Of a stretch of 64,000 nucleotides of DNA, positions 63,182 to 64,000 are shown one piece after another. Location of the stretch: NCBI GenBank assembly GCA_964016885.1, contig OZ024741.1:304420001-304484000 (forward strand). Direction: 5' to 3'. The DNA comes from Eledone cirrhosa (Eukaryota). Within the stretch, counting starts at the first letter, position 1; the number at the start of each line of letters is the position of its first letter. The notes under the pieces are model-generated. The model ran no database searches. It was not told the DNA's origin and saw only the letters and a list, made by a program, of their open reading frames with translations. The position numbers and the translations under genes are program-made.

Positions 63182-63978
63182 CATACATATAGGTGCACAG
63201 TTATGTGTGCAAACATGCATGTACAAGTTTGCTTCCTGAAATACTAGTGACTGGTGTTCTCAAATAGCCACTAAGATAGCTGTGACAGGATCACAGCTTA
63301 AAACATTCAAAGCAAGACTTATACATTTATTTTACATAAACATATAATATATGCCTCCATATACACCTCAATTATGAGCCTCACTGTGTTAGTGTTACTG
63401 CTAAACAACATACCAACAATCAACATGCCCCAATGACAAAATGTAATATATACAGCAAACTGTCACTATATATAAGGTATAACTGCAATGCAATTGCACT
63501 TTCATGTAGAAGATTGGCAGAATTGTTAGAGCACGAGACAAAATACTTTGCGGCATTTAGTTATAGTCCTTTGTATTCTTTAGTTCAAATCCTGTTGAGG
63601 TCAACTTTGCCTTTCATCCTTCTGAAGTACTGGTCAAGCAGTGGAGTTGATATATTTAACTTTCTCCCTACTAAATTCCTGGCTTTGTACTAAAATGAGA
63701 AGCCATTCTTTCTTCATTCGTCATATGAGTTTCATGTAAAAGACAGACAAGATCAACAAGGGATGCAGTCAACTTACGCTCGGATTTTGCTGTTGCTGCA
63801 TTAGCTGTTCAATGTCATATGCCGTTTTCAGCAAATTGCTCGTATCTGTTGGTGCAGACATCGAAGTAGTTTTCTTATCAGTGGGAATTATGGGAATGAC
63901 AGCGTTAGCAAGCTGACGACACACAGGACACCAATATTCCCCATCGTTCACAGCCAGAGTCTGTTGAAGATACGGACC
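47894..63978 (-). CDS. UBR3: E3 ubiquitin-protein ligase UBR3-like, last 11 coding exons (gene continues beyond the window end)
   Basis: Exons 63778-63978, 62874-62992, 61029-61111, 59142-59253, 58858-58952, 56500-56618, 54555-54650, 53780-53905, 52769-53008, 49262-49471, 48329-48468, 47894-48011 (12 segments counting the RING exon); GT-AG and phase-consistent; RING half GEYWCPVCRQLANAVIP, ARTNLELEL, C-terminal WGSVYLDKHGEED..LRRGKPLYL. Confidence 0.93.
48329..48468 (-). CDS. UBR3: UBR3 exon
   Basis: HSITCGGGTGVFLLVNSSIIVVIRGQRAALWGSVYLDKHGEEDEELR. Confidence 0.95.
49262..49471 (-). CDS. UBR3: UBR3 exon
   Basis: ..PRLVELPDQYYKIFQEYRNKTCVVCNKIPRDPTICLICAEFLCFREACCEQESVRECVQ. Confidence 0.95.
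49704..52146 (-). mobile_element. RTE-clade LINE, 5'-truncated and frameshifted, in a UBR3 intron
   Basis: QHRLVV, TWWWN, MKNGKATGPSG, EMQFGFVP, FVDLEKAFDRVPR, GVHQGS, LLYADDLVL, MLHGSETW, GRRSRGRPRKTW; (ATG)n tail. Confidence 0.92.
52147..52718. repeat. ~120-bp near-identical direct repeat (52147-52268 and 52597-52718)
   Basis: CATGTATTATATATCTACATTCTATTTTCTTTAAAGTATGGAGTACTTACTAGTCC... present twice, 450 bp apart. Confidence 0.9.
52769..53008 (-). CDS. UBR3: UBR3 exon
   Basis: YTFEFPYLCHYLMLGEK...PITRFWLHELAVAIDGPPSLKNQ, 240 nt with AG/GT ends. Confidence 0.85.
53780..53905 (-). CDS. UBR3: UBR3 exon
   Basis: ISQWIWSPDTVESALQTFLLPYLRIAALLQRHLFDEEFPQKK. Confidence 0.93.
54075..54450. repeat. 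Degenerate (ACACT/ACCAT)-based minisatellite
   Basis: Repeated ACTACACTTAACCATACCACCCTCAACATT units. Confidence 0.85.
54555..54650 (-). CDS. UBR3: UBR3 exon
   Basis: DSLQQVSGMMSHVITRLQLSQLYDEKDQHLGC, phase 0/0. Confidence 0.85.
54800..55130 (-). mobile_element. Tc1/mariner-like transposase N-terminal HTH relic
   Basis: NIQNWVKKFEKYWTEENLN...RSGQPGKHTEEVIDMVRESVEQSPRQSLYRRSQ. Confidence 0.7.
56500..56618 (-). CDS. UBR3: UBR3 exon
   Basis: HFNYIVNSLYNMAYIQALVVTSCRFTSNERIGWCKKRMS. Confidence 0.9.
58858..58952 (-). CDS. UBR3: UBR3 exon
   Basis: LSSVPGQVPILLRDPVTMLLNFLLQIPDISK. Confidence 0.88.
59142..59253 (-). CDS. UBR3: UBR3 exon
   Basis: LPLFRVLTYYCNALSPVPQTDLWKIITGVAVLGDGGSS. Confidence 0.85.
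61029..61111 (-). CDS. UBR3: UBR3 exon
   Basis: RTNLELELLGYGGQLLTRESPSSKPKVF. Confidence 0.9.
61155..61257. repeat. ~22-bp tandem repeat, about 5 copies
   Basis: TGTACACAAAAATTTGATAATG units. Confidence 0.9.
62455..62810. repeat. 48-bp-unit tandem array (about 7 copies) within a SINE-like element
   Basis: CACCAGC.CTAC.ACTTTACAAAGTGGATTGGGTGCATTTTGTTGTGG with period 48 (starts at 62551, 62599, 62647, 62695). Confidence 0.85.
62874..62992 (-). CDS. UBR3: UBR3 exon
   Basis: FPGQQCSLIDELTNATPLMYRKYCDHEATNMLLFISSIAR. Confidence 0.85.
63778..63978 (-). CDS. UBR3: UBR3 exon with the C-terminal half of the RING-H2 finger
   Basis: GPYLQQTLAVNDGEYWCPVCRQLANAVIPIIP...QQQNPS | GTAAGT. Confidence 0.93.
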
Positions 63979-64000
63979 CTTTAAAAAAAAAAAAAAAAGC

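Overview
Eukaryotic, AT-rich, repeat-dense animal genomic DNA. The SINE families and microsatellite load suggest a cephalopod, probably Octopus (inference only). Two convergent spliced protein-coding genes are present: a complete 14-coding-exon FTCD (formimidoyltransferase-cyclodeaminase, + strand, 22457-44593, 539 aa) and the last 11 coding exons of a UBR3-type N-recognin E3 ubiquitin ligase (- strand, 63978-47894). The rest is transposon-derived: a CR1-type LINE split by an L1/Tx1-clade LINE, several further Tx1 copies, a ~2.6 kb internally deleted Gypsy LTR element, an RTE LINE, mariner/Tc1 relics, piggyBac-type and other MITEs, CRE- and HERO-like relics, tRNA-derived SINEs and many micro/minisatellites. 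The most notable signal is a Tx1 LINE family that appears to target (TATC)n/GATA repeats: three copies are stacked head-to-tail in one intronic microsatellite and another sits at a TATCTAT site. Its two long copies share the same frameshift and the same loss of the RT catalytic YADD motif, which suggests an RT-dead lineage mobilised in trans. All calls were made by eye without database searches.
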